This document shows, in pieces, positions 42,146-50,575 of a stretch of DNA of 64,000 nt. The stretch lies in assembly GCA_963663865.1 (NCBI GenBank), contig OY760686.1, forward strand, positions 96,001-160,000, in the 5' to 3' direction. Source of the stretch: Spirochaetota bacterium. GTDB lineage: Bacteria > Spirochaetota > UBA4802 > UBA5550. The position numbers were made by a program, and so were the translations under genes. The notes under the pieces are model-generated. The model saw only the letters and a program-made list of their open reading frames with translations. It made no database searches and was not told the DNA's origin. Each line of letters starts with the position of its first letter. Position 1 is the first letter of the stretch.

Positions 42146-42815
42146 TTTCAGCTCCGTACTGTCTGAAATATTCCCTGATACGTTCCATCATTTCATCATC
42201 TATAATAACTTTTCCGTCAATCTCCCGGTTGTACAGATACTCAACGACTTCTTTTACGGTCACAACGGGCAGAACCCTGATATTGAATTCCTTCTCAATC
42301 TCGCTAACGGCAGAAAGCTCGCCGGTCCCCCTCTCCATTCGGTCCACTGAAATCACAATTGCTTTAATATCGGTACATCCCGCGGCGTTTATTACCGGAA
42401 CGCTCTCTCTGACAGATGTGCCCGCCGTTACAACGTCCTCGACGATAACAGTCCTAGTACCCGCGGCAGGCTTCATCCCAATAAGATCACCGCCCTCTCC
42501 GTGGTCCTTTGTCTCCTTCCTGTTGAAGCAAAATCCCTTTTCAAGGCCGTAAAGCCGGCTGAGAGAGGAAGCCGCTGCGACGGCAAGGGGAATCCCCTTG
42601 TAGGCCGGGCCGTATAGAAGATCGAACCCGTCACCGAGGCTTGTATAGATGCATTCGGCATAGAAGTCCCCCAGCCTTGAAATTTGGCTGCCCGTCCTGT
42701 AGTTTCCAGTGTTTATGAAAAAAGGTGTTTTCCGCCCGCTCTTCGTCACAAAGTCTCCAAAAGTCAACACGCCTGATTCAACCATGAACTCGATGAATTT
42801 CTGTTTATAGCTCAT
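42132..42815 (-). CDS. pyrE: Orotate phosphoribosyltransferase
   Basis: FGDFVTKSGRKTPFFIN, GPAYKGIPL, NRKETKDHGEGG, IVEDVVTAGTS. Confidence 0.96.
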   Translation of the reverse strand: MSYKQKFIEFMVESGVLTFGDFVTKSGRKTPFFINTGNYRTGSQISRLGDFYAECIYTSLGDGFDLLYGPAYKGIPLAVAAASSLSRLYGLEKGFCFNRKETKDHGEGGDLIGMKPAAGTRTVIVEDVVTAGTSVRESVPVINAAGCTDIKAIVISVDRMERGTGELSAVSEIEKEFNIRVLPVVTVKEVVEYLYNREIDGKVIIDDEMMERIREYFRQYGAENGIF

Positions 42816-42836
42816 TTTACAAACTCCTGTCCTGTC

Positions 42837-43835
42837 TTATATTCTCAGTCGATTGAGCTCAGTATCTGATATGGGGGATACAGCCTTCAATGTTTCAAGC
42901 AGCTTACCGTCTCTGAAAACTCCTACCATTCCCCCGTCAAGCTCGTGTTTTCCGTATCTCGCTGCAACAGCTACAATCAACTCTTTAAGCTCTTCGCGAC
43001 CCTCACCGGCCGCAAGAATAACCGGCCCGGGGAACTCCGGCTCAAAAACAATGTATTCCGTCCCGGCATGACTTTGAAGGATACTGTTTTCATCCTCATT
43101 CCTGCCCACAATTATCCTCACCTGACTTGAAAACCTGAAATGCCTGCCCACTGACGCGAGAAATATATCGGTCTCTGAGCATCGGCCTCCGCTTGCGAGC
43201 AAATCCCTGATTCTCTTCGAAATATTAGGATCAGTAAAGAGACACCCGCCTGCCGGACTTGAAAAGCTCTTTATCCCGTATTCCGCTGCAAGCTCTAACT
43301 GCCTTGAACGTCCCCTTCCGCTGATAGCGTGCAGCTTTTCCCTGTCGACAAGCCCCTCTCTTTCGGGAATTGTCTCGGGCAGGATTCGGGCTGACAGCGG
43401 CCTCAAGAGCCTTCCTTCCAATCCCGACTCCTTGATAATATGAAGCAGGGTGTTCTTAAGCTGCGACATCGGCCTCTGCCCAACCACCTCTCCCGTTGCT
43501 ATAAAACGAGCTCCGGTCTCGCGCATGTATTCCGCCGCCTTCTTCAAAAAGAATATGTGGCAATCTATGCAGGGGTTGATATTCTTCCCATAACCATGCG
43601 GCGGATTCTTCAACATCTCAATATACTCTTCACCGCAGCGGTGAAAAACAAGATCCAGTCCGATCTCCTTCGCGAAAGCGGCTATTTCTGTCTGAGTGCA
43701 GTCAGCCTGCGGAGATACGAAGGGCAAGACACAGTGAAAACCCGCTATTTTGAGCCCCTGATCAATCAAAATCCTGGCGGCAAGTAGACTGTCCAGACCG
43801 CCTGAATAAAGTAAAATTCCATCGTAATTTCCCAT
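42837..43835 (-). CDS. ThiI/MnmA-like PP-loop tRNA thiolation-type protein with DUF814-like C-terminus
   Basis: YSGGLDSLLA, GYGKNINPCIDC, TGEVVGQRPMSQ, LRPLSA, PAGGCLFTD, GRHFR, VGRNEDEN. Confidence 0.85.
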   Translation of the reverse strand: MGNYDGILLYSGGLDSLLAARILIDQGLKIAGFHCVLPFVSPQADCTQTEIAAFAKEIGLDLVFHRCGEEYIEMLKNPPHGYGKNINPCIDCHIFFLKKAAEYMRETGARFIATGEVVGQRPMSQLKNTLLHIIKESGLEGRLLRPLSARILPETIPEREGLVDREKLHAISGRGRSRQLELAAEYGIKSFSSPAGGCLFTDPNISKRIRDLLASGGRCSETDIFLASVGRHFRFSSQVRIIVGRNEDENSILQSHAGTEYIVFEPEFPGPVILAAGEGREELKELIVAVAARYGKHELDGGMVGVFRDGKLLETLKAVSPISDTELNRLRI

Positions 43836-44065
43836 TACTGTAAAAAGCAAACAGCGTACACCTGATGTCAACAATATTTGCCGTCATACCCACGCAACAC
43901 CGATCTTCAGACGCACATCCCGCAAAAAGAATGTTCATTATAAATTTTATAGATTTTTTGCAGAATAACAGAATACTGACATTATTTTCCTTGTCAAATT
44001 AGAGTTTTATTGTAACTTATAAGGTGTGATCGGCCCACAATTAACAATAACATAGGGATGGTAGT

Positions 44066-44497
44066 ATGAATACAAATATGACCACTGAGAGCAAATACAA
44101 AACAAGATATGTAGACCACGAGGTCCTCTCGCAGGATGTACTTGATGATCAAAAGGAATCTGAGTTCTTCAATGAAATCAGGTTGAGAATTCGTGAAGTT
44201 CGCAAAGAGCTCAAAATGACACAGAGAGAGTTTGGAGAAACCGCTGGTATTGACAGACGCTATGTAGCAAAGGTCGAATGCGGCTCACAGAATCCTTCTT
44301 TCAAATTTCTAAGAAGCATTTCAATTAAGCATAAGATTTCGCTGGATTGGATTCTTTATGGAGTCGGCGAGAAGTACGTAGCCGTTAACGAAGAAAACTA
44401 TGGACAGGAGCTTGTCGTTTTCAAAAAGCTTCTTGATAACGCCTCTCAGGATGATATTGACGTTATCGTAAAGATGGTGAAGAAAATCGTAGGTTAA
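44066..44497 (+). CDS. XRE-family HTH transcriptional regulator
   Basis: RIREVRKELKMTQREFGETAGIDRRYVAKVECGSQNPS, ISLDWILYG. Confidence 0.88.
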   Translation: MNTNMTTESKYKTRYVDHEVLSQDVLDDQKESEFFNEIRLRIREVRKELKMTQREFGETAGIDRRYVAKVECGSQNPSFKFLRSISIKHKISLDWILYGVGEKYVAVNEENYGQELVVFKKLLDNASQDDIDVIVKMVKKIVG

Positions 44498-44505
44498 CAG
44501 CATTG

Positions 44506-44536
44506 AGGCATACGCATAAAAGCGTATGCCTTTTTT
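44506..44536 (+). terminator. Intrinsic terminator
   Basis: AGGCATACGC-ATAAAA-GCGTATGCCT followed by T-run. Confidence 0.8.
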
Positions 44537-44539
44537 ATA

Positions 44540-44917
44540 TCAGTGCTCCACAATCATCTCAATACTGAGATTGCTCCTCAAGTCCTTTAGACTCTCCAGA
44601 GACATAGCCTGCCAGGTAATATATCTTGAGCCCATAACCTTGATTGGTCGGAGGTCCTCCTTGGACTTTACCAGGAACATGCCCAACGCGGCGATTCCTG
44701 AACTGTTGAGAGTCTCAAGCCTTGTCAGATCAAGATGAAACTCGCCTCCCGATCTTTTGAAAGCATCGGTCACAAAGTTTACTATTTCGTCATAGCTGTA
44801 TACACTATCCAGCCTGAGGTTCCCTCTGATTACCAGCTTTGAATCATCCGGGAAAAAACTGAGACTGTACCCGTCGCCATTCATCTCATTATTCATAGTG
44901 TTTCCTGCCGCCGCCAT
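44540..44917 (-). CDS. STAS-like regulator (slr1659 superfamily)
   Basis: GNLRL....Y, LDLTRLETLNSSGIAAL, GSRYITWQ..SL. Confidence 0.75.
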   Translation of the reverse strand: MAAAGNTMNNEMNGDGYSLSFFPDDSKLVIRGNLRLDSVYSYDEIVNFVTDAFKRSGGEFHLDLTRLETLNSSGIAALGMFLVKSKEDLRPIKVMGSRYITWQAMSLESLKDLRSNLSIEMIVEH

Positions 44918-44929
44918 TTATTATCCAAA

Positions 44930-46531
44930 TTATATCTCATCCGCCATTGAATCCACAAGAAGCTTTAAATCCCTCAGCTCTTCCGCCACCCTGAGCCTGT
45001 CGTACCCTACACCCGCTACTGCCGCCATATGATATTTTTGTCTCAGGGAATCAAGGCCCTTTTGAATCAGCTCAATTTCACCGTCAAGCTCCATGTAACC
45101 GCCCGAATCGCTGTAGTCAATAAAATCAGACTTCATTGTTTCAATATCCACAATCTCTCCCCAGACCGGAACACGTGCATCAAATCCGTAATGTTCCCTG
45201 ATCGAATCCCTCAACGAGGCAGAGGACTTCTCTTCGCCGTGCACAATAAAGAGCTTAAGCGAATCATTCTTGATATTCCCTATCCACCTGAGAAGGTCGT
45301 CCCTGTCCGCATGGCCTGAAAACCCGCCAAGAGTATGAATTGAAGCCTTAACAGCCACATCCTCGCCGTAAAGCCTCACCTGCTCGGCGCCGTCGACTAT
45401 TCGCCGTCCCAATGTCCCCTCTGCCTGATACCCCGCAAAAACTACAGCTGATTCCGGATTGTACAGATTGTTCTGAAGGTGATATTTTATTCTTCCGCCT
45501 GTACACATCCCGCTTGCCGAGATTATTATTGCCCCGCGGGCATTCCTATTCAGCCCCTTTGACTCCTCAGTCGTCCTCACATAGTGCAGCCCGTCAAAGC
45601 CAAGCGGATTCTGGCCGGAATTTATCATAGCCCATGTTTCTTCGTCAAGACAATCACGGTTTTCCAGAAAAATTCCCGTCGCGGATACGGCCATCGGCGA
45701 ATCAATATAGACATCTGTGGGCGGAATCTCGCCGGTTCTTATCATCTTTCCTATAGCGTAGATTATTTCCTGTGTCCTCTCAACCGCAAAAGCAGGAATG
45801 ACTATGTTGCCCCTTTTCCCCGAAGAGCTGTTTATAATGTCTCTCAGCTCAATGTAAGTTTCGTCTCTTCCTCTGTGAAGACGGTCGCCGTAAGTTGACT
45901 CAAGCAGAAGCACGTCAGCTTCCTCAACTATATCAGGATCGCGAACGAGGGCCTGTCCCCCCGGCCCCAGGTCGCCTGAAAATACCAGCTTGGTCTCTCT
46001 GCCCTTTTCCTGAACCCACATCTCAATTATGGCCGAACCGAGAATATGCCCCGCGTCAAGGAATCGGGCCTTTACCCGGGGATGAATTTGGATAACTTCA
46101 TTGTACGGAACCGGCGCAAAGTTTTTCAGGCAGTTCTCCGCTTCCTCTGATGAATAAAGCGGCTTTACCGGTTCGCGGTCCAGGCGCTTGTTCCTTCGGT
46201 TAATGAACGCGGCATCGAGTTCCTGTATATGGCCGCTGTCTGGCAGCATTAAGGCGCAGAGATCAGCTGTGGGCCTGGTAGAATAGATATTGCCGTAAAA
46301 CCCGTCCCGCACCAGTTTGGGGATAAGCCCGCTGTGATCGATATGCGCGTGAGTCAAAAGGAGGGCATCAATCCTGGAAGGCGCATAGAATACATCAAGA
46401 CTGTTTCTTGCCCTTATCTCATGACGGCCCTGAAACATTCCGCAATCAACCATAATACAGAAATCATCATCCTTTACAATAAAAGACGAACCTGTAACTG
46501 TACCGGCGCCTCCGGCAAATTCTATCTTCAT
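44930..46531 (-). CDS. MBL-fold beta-CASP ribonuclease (CPSF/YSH1-like)
   Basis: GGAGTVTGS, VDCGMFQG, THAHIDHSG, AGHILGSA, FSGDLG, ESTYGDR, SASGMCTGGRI, FSGHAD, VHGE. Confidence 0.93.
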   Translation of the reverse strand: MKIEFAGGAGTVTGSSFIVKDDDFCIMVDCGMFQGRHEIRARNSLDVFYAPSRIDALLLTHAHIDHSGLIPKLVRDGFYGNIYSTRPTADLCALMLPDSGHIQELDAAFINRRNKRLDREPVKPLYSSEEAENCLKNFAPVPYNEVIQIHPRVKARFLDAGHILGSAIIEMWVQEKGRETKLVFSGDLGPGGQALVRDPDIVEEADVLLLESTYGDRLHRGRDETYIELRDIINSSSGKRGNIVIPAFAVERTQEIIYAIGKMIRTGEIPPTDVYIDSPMAVSATGIFLENRDCLDEETWAMINSGQNPLGFDGLHYVRTTEESKGLNRNARGAIIISASGMCTGGRIKYHLQNNLYNPESAVVFAGYQAEGTLGRRIVDGAEQVRLYGEDVAVKASIHTLGGFSGHADRDDLLRWIGNIKNDSLKLFIVHGEEKSSASLRDSIREHYGFDARVPVWGEIVDIETMKSDFIDYSDSGGYMELDGEIELIQKGLDSLRQKYHMAAVAGVGYDRLRVAEELRDLKLLVDSMADEI

Positions 46532-46653
46532 CGGATTTCTCCCTCGTTCGTACACGCAGCGTGAGAGGGCTGACAATATCCCCTTCAACTGCCTTTTGAG
46601 TCATTAAAATGAGAAATAACAGCAACAGCGCTTATTATCAATTGTTTTTTTAC

Positions 46654-46822
46654 TAAGGGGAAAATTCGAAACCCCCGATCATAATAATAGCTCAAGCCTC
46701 GCACTTTTTATTGAAACATACCCCTTTTGATATGATTATAGCCGATATTAGCCATAATTTCGATATATTTACACTTATCAGCCTCTTAACGGGTTCAACT
46801 ACTGACATGCGCTAACCGATGA
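46654..46822 (+). promoter_or_regulatory. Two putative sigma28 (FliA) promoters for flaB
   Basis: TAAG-N16-CCCGATCA (46654-46681) and TCAA-N16-ACCGATGA (46795-46822); consensus TAAA-N15/16-GCCGATAA. Confidence 0.55.
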
Positions 46823-46831
46823 ATTACTTGA

Positions 46832-46892
46832 ACAGCAAGGATGCTGTAAGGCCGGCAGGGACGCTGGCTGTTTGATTCACGGAGGAATCAAA
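46832..46892 (+). promoter_or_regulatory. Three GGA-loop hairpins (CsrA-type sites) in the flaB leader
   Basis: ACAGCA-AGGA-TGCTGT; GCCGGC-AGGGAC-GCTGGC; TTTGATTC-ACGGAG-GAATCAAA overlapping the RBS. Confidence 0.7.
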
Positions 46893-47737
46893 TGATTATC
46901 AACCACAACATGTCGGCTATTAATACTAATCGTGTGCTCAAATTTCAGCACTGGGATTACGACAAATCACTCGAACAGCTCTCCTCCGGAATGAGAATCA
47001 ACAGGGCCGGCGATGACGCCTCAGGCCTGGCAGTCTCCGAAAAAATGCGTTCACAGGTACAGGGCCTCCGTCAGGCTGAAAGGAATACCGAAGATGGTAT
47101 GAGTTTCGTCCAGACAACAGAGGGGTATCTCGACCAGACGCACTCGATTATTCAACGTATCAGAGTGCTTGCCGTCCAGTCCGCAAACGGAATCTATACC
47201 GCTGAGGACAGACAGCTTATACAGGTTGAGGTTTCAGCGCTGGTTGATGAGGTCGACAGAATCGCTTCACAGGCTGAGTTCAACAAGATGAAGCTACTTC
47301 TCGGGGATTTCGCGAGAATCAACCCCAATGCTTCCATGTGGTTTCACATGGGTGCAAATATGCACCAGAGAGAACGAATCTTCATACAGACGATGACGGC
47401 GCTTTCTCTCGGGCTGAAGGACATAGTCGGAAGGCCGATTACGCTGTCTACTCCTGAACACTCTAACAGGAATCTCGGGGTTATGGATAACGCCCTGCAC
47501 CTGATAGCCAAACAGCGGGCCGATCTGGGCGCATATTACAACAGACTCGAACACGCCGCAAAGGGGCTTATGAATGCTTATGAGAACATTCAGGCTTCCG
47601 AGAGCCGCATAAGAGACGCGGATATGGCTGAAACAACAGTAAGCCTTACCAGATCTCAGATACTTGTGCAGTCGGGCACCTCAATGCTGGCGCACGCGAA
47701 TCAAAAATCACAGAATATCTTACAGCTGCTCCGGTAG
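46892..47737 (+). CDS. flaB: Periplasmic flagellar filament core protein FlaB
   Basis: [59 protein letters not shown]; 281 aa. Confidence 0.96.
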   Translation: MIINHNMSAINTNRVLKFQHWDYDKSLEQLSSGMRINRAGDDASGLAVSEKMRSQVQGLRQAERNTEDGMSFVQTTEGYLDQTHSIIQRIRVLAVQSANGIYTAEDRQLIQVEVSALVDEVDRIASQAEFNKMKLLLGDFARINPNASMWFHMGANMHQRERIFIQTMTALSLGLKDIVGRPITLSTPEHSNRNLGVMDNALHLIAKQRADLGAYYNRLEHAAKGLMNAYENIQASESRIRDADMAETTVSLTRSQILVQSGTSMLAHANQKSQNILQLLR

Positions 47738-47872
47738 CTTAAGAATATAGAAGCTCTTTGAAAACAGCGTTCCTGTAAGCATGGCAGTCCGGACCGACCG
47801 GGACTGGCATGGTTGCTGAAACGCAACACGGTATTCCCTACACAAATAAAAAGTATAACCTGGTATTAAATG

Positions 47873-47912
47873 CCTGATATGGAGATCAGGTGAAAAAACA
47901 AAGGAGTGTTTT
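47873..47912 (+). promoter_or_regulatory. Two GGA-loop hairpins (CsrA-type) in the second flaB leader
   Basis: CCTGAT-ATGGAG-ATCAGG and AAAACA-AAGGAG-TGTTTT (RBS in loop). Confidence 0.65.
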
Positions 47913-47915
47913 ATC

Positions 47916-48767
47916 ATGATTATTAATCACAACATGAGCGCGATCAACGCGAACAAAGTTCTCAAATTCAAGCAGTGGGATGTGAACAGCTCCATGGAGA
48001 AACTCGCATCCGGTCTCAGAATCAACAAAGCCGGCGATGACGCTTCCGGACTTGCTGTTTCAGAAAAAATGAGAACTCAGATTCAGGGCCTTCGTCAGGC
48101 AGAAAGAAATACTGAAGACGGTATGTCTTTCGTTCAGACTGCTGAAGGATATCTCGACCAGACAGCCTCCATCCTCCAGAGGATCAGAGTACTTGCTGTT
48201 CAGTCATCCAACGGTATCTATACCCAGGAAGACAGGCAGCTTATTCAGGTTGAGGTTTCTGCCCTTATAGATGAAGTCGACAGAACTGCTTCACAGGCTG
48301 AATTCAACAAATTCAAGCTTCTGCTCGGCGATTTCTCAAGGACAAATCCGAAAGGCAGCATGTGGTTCCACATGGGAGCGAATATGCACCAAAGGGAGAG
48401 AGTGTATATCGGTACCATGACATCACAGGGACTAAACCTGACCGAGAAAACCGGACGTTTCCTTGCCAATCTGAGTACTGCTGACGGTGCAAACAGAGCA
48501 ATCGGCGTTATAGATGACGCTCTGCACAAGATTGCCAAGCAGAGAGCTGACCTCGGCGCTTACTACAACAGACTTGAGTATGCAGCCAAGGGACTTATGA
48601 CCGCTTATGAAAATATCCAGGCCTCTGAAAGTCGAATCAGAGACGCTGATATGGCGGAAACACTTGTTGACATGACCAAGGATAATATCCTTGTCCAGAG
48701 TGGTACTGCGATGCTGGCTCAGGCTAACATGAAAACAAGATCAGTATTACAGCTGCTTGGAAGCTGA
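47916..48767 (+). CDS. flaB: Periplasmic flagellar filament core protein FlaB (second paralog)
   Basis: Same flagellin N- and C-terminal motifs; 283 aa. Confidence 0.96.
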   Translation: MIINHNMSAINANKVLKFKQWDVNSSMEKLASGLRINKAGDDASGLAVSEKMRTQIQGLRQAERNTEDGMSFVQTAEGYLDQTASILQRIRVLAVQSSNGIYTQEDRQLIQVEVSALIDEVDRTASQAEFNKFKLLLGDFSRTNPKGSMWFHMGANMHQRERVYIGTMTSQGLNLTEKTGRFLANLSTADGANRAIGVIDDALHKIAKQRADLGAYYNRLEYAAKGLMTAYENIQASESRIRDADMAETLVDMTKDNILVQSGTAMLAQANMKTRSVLQLLGS

Positions 48768-48806
48768 CATATAAAAAATGATTTCTTAAAGGGAATACGC
48801 AAAAAT

Positions 48807-48832
48807 ACCCGCCCAACAGGGCGGGTTTTTTT
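48807..48832 (+). terminator. Intrinsic terminator after flaB
   Basis: ACCCGCCC-AACA-GGGCGGGT then T-run. Confidence 0.85.
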
Positions 48833-48933
48833 GTAAAAAAAATTTGCCTTATCCACCCCCTCTTTTTAACTTGGTCAGATAGACTAATAAATTATTTAGA
48901 CTATATAATTTATAATACTATCACGGTAACAAC

Positions 48934-49362
48934 ATGCTTGTACGTAAAACACAGATTTCCAAGCTTCTCAAAAAAGAAAAGCAGAAGGAACGAAAGGTTT
49001 GTCAGAAGGAGAGCGAACTCCGCATCATGACCATAAAAAAGCAGATGGCAGATGAGTTTTCCAAGGAGATACGATCTCTTAAAAGGAAATTCGGCATGCA
49101 GGTTAAGTCTCTTGAAAAGGAGAATGACAAGCTGAAGAAGGAAATGCTGAGCAATTACGCCCTTTACCAGACCATTAGAAGACGTGAAGAAGCGCTTGAG
49201 CAGCTCAGTTCCGAAATTGAGGAAGTCATGAATACCATGACGGTGAAGATTCAGGAGTCTCTACAGCCCTTCTACAGGACGAGAGCAAAGATTGAGTCCA
49301 CAAAGAGAAAGTCTGACAGAAAACACGAAAAGACAGAGAACATACTTAGAGCGGTTAAGTAA
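48934..49362 (+). CDS. Basic coiled-coil hypothetical protein
   Basis: 142-aa Lys/Glu-rich helical ORF filling the gap, followed by terminator. Confidence 0.65.
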   Translation: MLVRKTQISKLLKKEKQKERKVCQKESELRIMTIKKQMADEFSKEIRSLKRKFGMQVKSLEKENDKLKKEMLSNYALYQTIRRREEALEQLSSEIEEVMNTMTVKIQESLQPFYRTRAKIESTKRKSDRKHEKTENILRAVK

Positions 49363-49410
49363 GGGTTAACTTCTTTTAAGTTTTAAGTAGCAATAGCGGT
49401 ATTTTAAGGA

Positions 49411-49442
49411 AAGGCGCGGCAGGACCGCGCCTTATTTTTTTT
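49411..49442. terminator. Intrinsic terminator between convergent genes
   Basis: AAGGCGCGG-CAGGA-CCGCGCCTT then T-run. Confidence 0.75.
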
Positions 49443-50082
49443 ACCAGTCGCTTCCGCCGCCAAGCGGGAAAGTAACTCCGGCTCTGACAATGAAGCCGGA
49501 CATGTCAAGCTCCGCGTCATTCAAAGTAACACCGTTATACTCAATATCAGTTTTGAGATCTGTTCCTCTGTAACCGCCTTCGAGGAAGAGCTTCATGTGG
49601 CTTGCCTGCTCTCCCATATCGTAGTTAATTCCAGCTACCGCCTGATAGGTAAAGCCGCTAAAGGTATAGCTCTCTTCGAACAAATCGCTGTCATAGATTG
49701 TCCAGGAATATCCCGCTCCGGCTGAAATGAAGAAAGAAACAGGAGAGTACTCTCCCATAGGTAAGTTCAATGTAAACATCGCCAAAAGTGGAATTGAGTA
49801 ATAGTTTGTGGTGAACTTTTCGGTTACTGTCGCTCCCTCAAGTTCTATTCCACCGGCACCAGCTTCTTCAAGCTTAATCCATCCGAAGCCACTCTCTATG
49901 CCTACCTTAAAAAAGTCATTAACTGCTACATCAAAAGCTACCTCACTGTCAAAAGCAACCTTGTCAGGATCTGAAGGATAGCTAATCCCTGCTCCAATCC
50001 CGATTTCAGGGCCCTGTGCGCTTGCATAGTTGACCGTAAACACAAGAGCGAGTGCTGAGACAAACATGGTAATCTTTTTCAT
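49441..50082 (-). CDS. Small outer-membrane beta-barrel protein (OmpA-TM/OMP_b-brl-like)
   Basis: Signal peptide ASA-Q; alternating beta strands, FISAGAGYS, YQAVAGINY, LFLEGGY, GFIVRAGVTF. Confidence 0.8.
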   Translation of the reverse strand: MKKITMFVSALALVFTVNYASAQGPEIGIGAGISYPSDPDKVAFDSEVAFDVAVNDFFKVGIESGFGWIKLEEAGAGGIELEGATVTEKFTTNYYSIPLLAMFTLNLPMGEYSPVSFFISAGAGYSWTIYDSDLFEESYTFSGFTYQAVAGINYDMGEQASHMKLFLEGGYRGTDLKTDIEYNGVTLNDAELDMSGFIVRAGVTFPLGGGSDW

Positions 50083-50176
50083 CAGTTTAAATCTCCTTAT
50101 TAAAAATTTATTACGAATACAATAATACTCTATTTTGAGACAAAGTCAAGTCAAACACGCTTTTTTTGGAAGCAAA

Positions 50177-50464
50177 TCAGGCCAGTGAGCTGAAAAGAAT
50201 CCCGGGCTGATATGATGGAATATAAGAGGCAACTGTACCCCTGTCGGTGTAGGTGGAATTCCTTGTGAGTGAATATTCAGATATAATTCTCTCTCTGAGC
50301 TCTTCGGGAGCCCTTGAGATGTAATAACCTTCCGGATTTTCCTTCTTAACAGGGGCTATTCTTGCGACAGGCCTGTCACTCAGCCCCGGCCACGTATATA
50401 CCCTGGCCGTTTTGCCGGATGAGGAGTGAACCGTGAAGTCAGATACTAATCCTGAAATATTCAT
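50177..50464 (-). CDS. Small hypothetical protein
   Basis: 95-aa ORF filling the gap, preceded by a sigma28-like promoter. Confidence 0.55.
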   Translation of the reverse strand: MNISGLVSDFTVHSSSGKTARVYTWPGLSDRPVARIAPVKKENPEGYYISRAPEELRERIISEYSLTRNSTYTDRGTVASYIPSYQPGILFSSLA

Positions 50465-50470
50465 ACTTTC

Positions 50471-50498
50471 TTTTCGGCACGGGCACCTCCAAAGTTTA
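50471..50498 (-). promoter_or_regulatory. Putative sigma28 promoter
   Basis: Minus strand TAAA-N16-GCCGAAAA, 6 nt before ATG 50464. Confidence 0.5.
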
Positions 50499-50575
50499 CC
50501 CTCATTTTAAAAATTACTTGCCAATATCCGCCATCGGAAAAGAATTTTACCACTACAGGTTAATGGAGGAATACA

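Noticed and set aside
44066-44497. XRE regulator as a prophage or toxin-antitoxin marker
   Set aside because: Stand-alone gene with its own terminator; no integrase, phage or toxin genes nearby
47805-47822. Sigma54 promoter before the second flaB (TGGCATGG...)
   Set aside because: No GC at the required GG-N10-GC spacing
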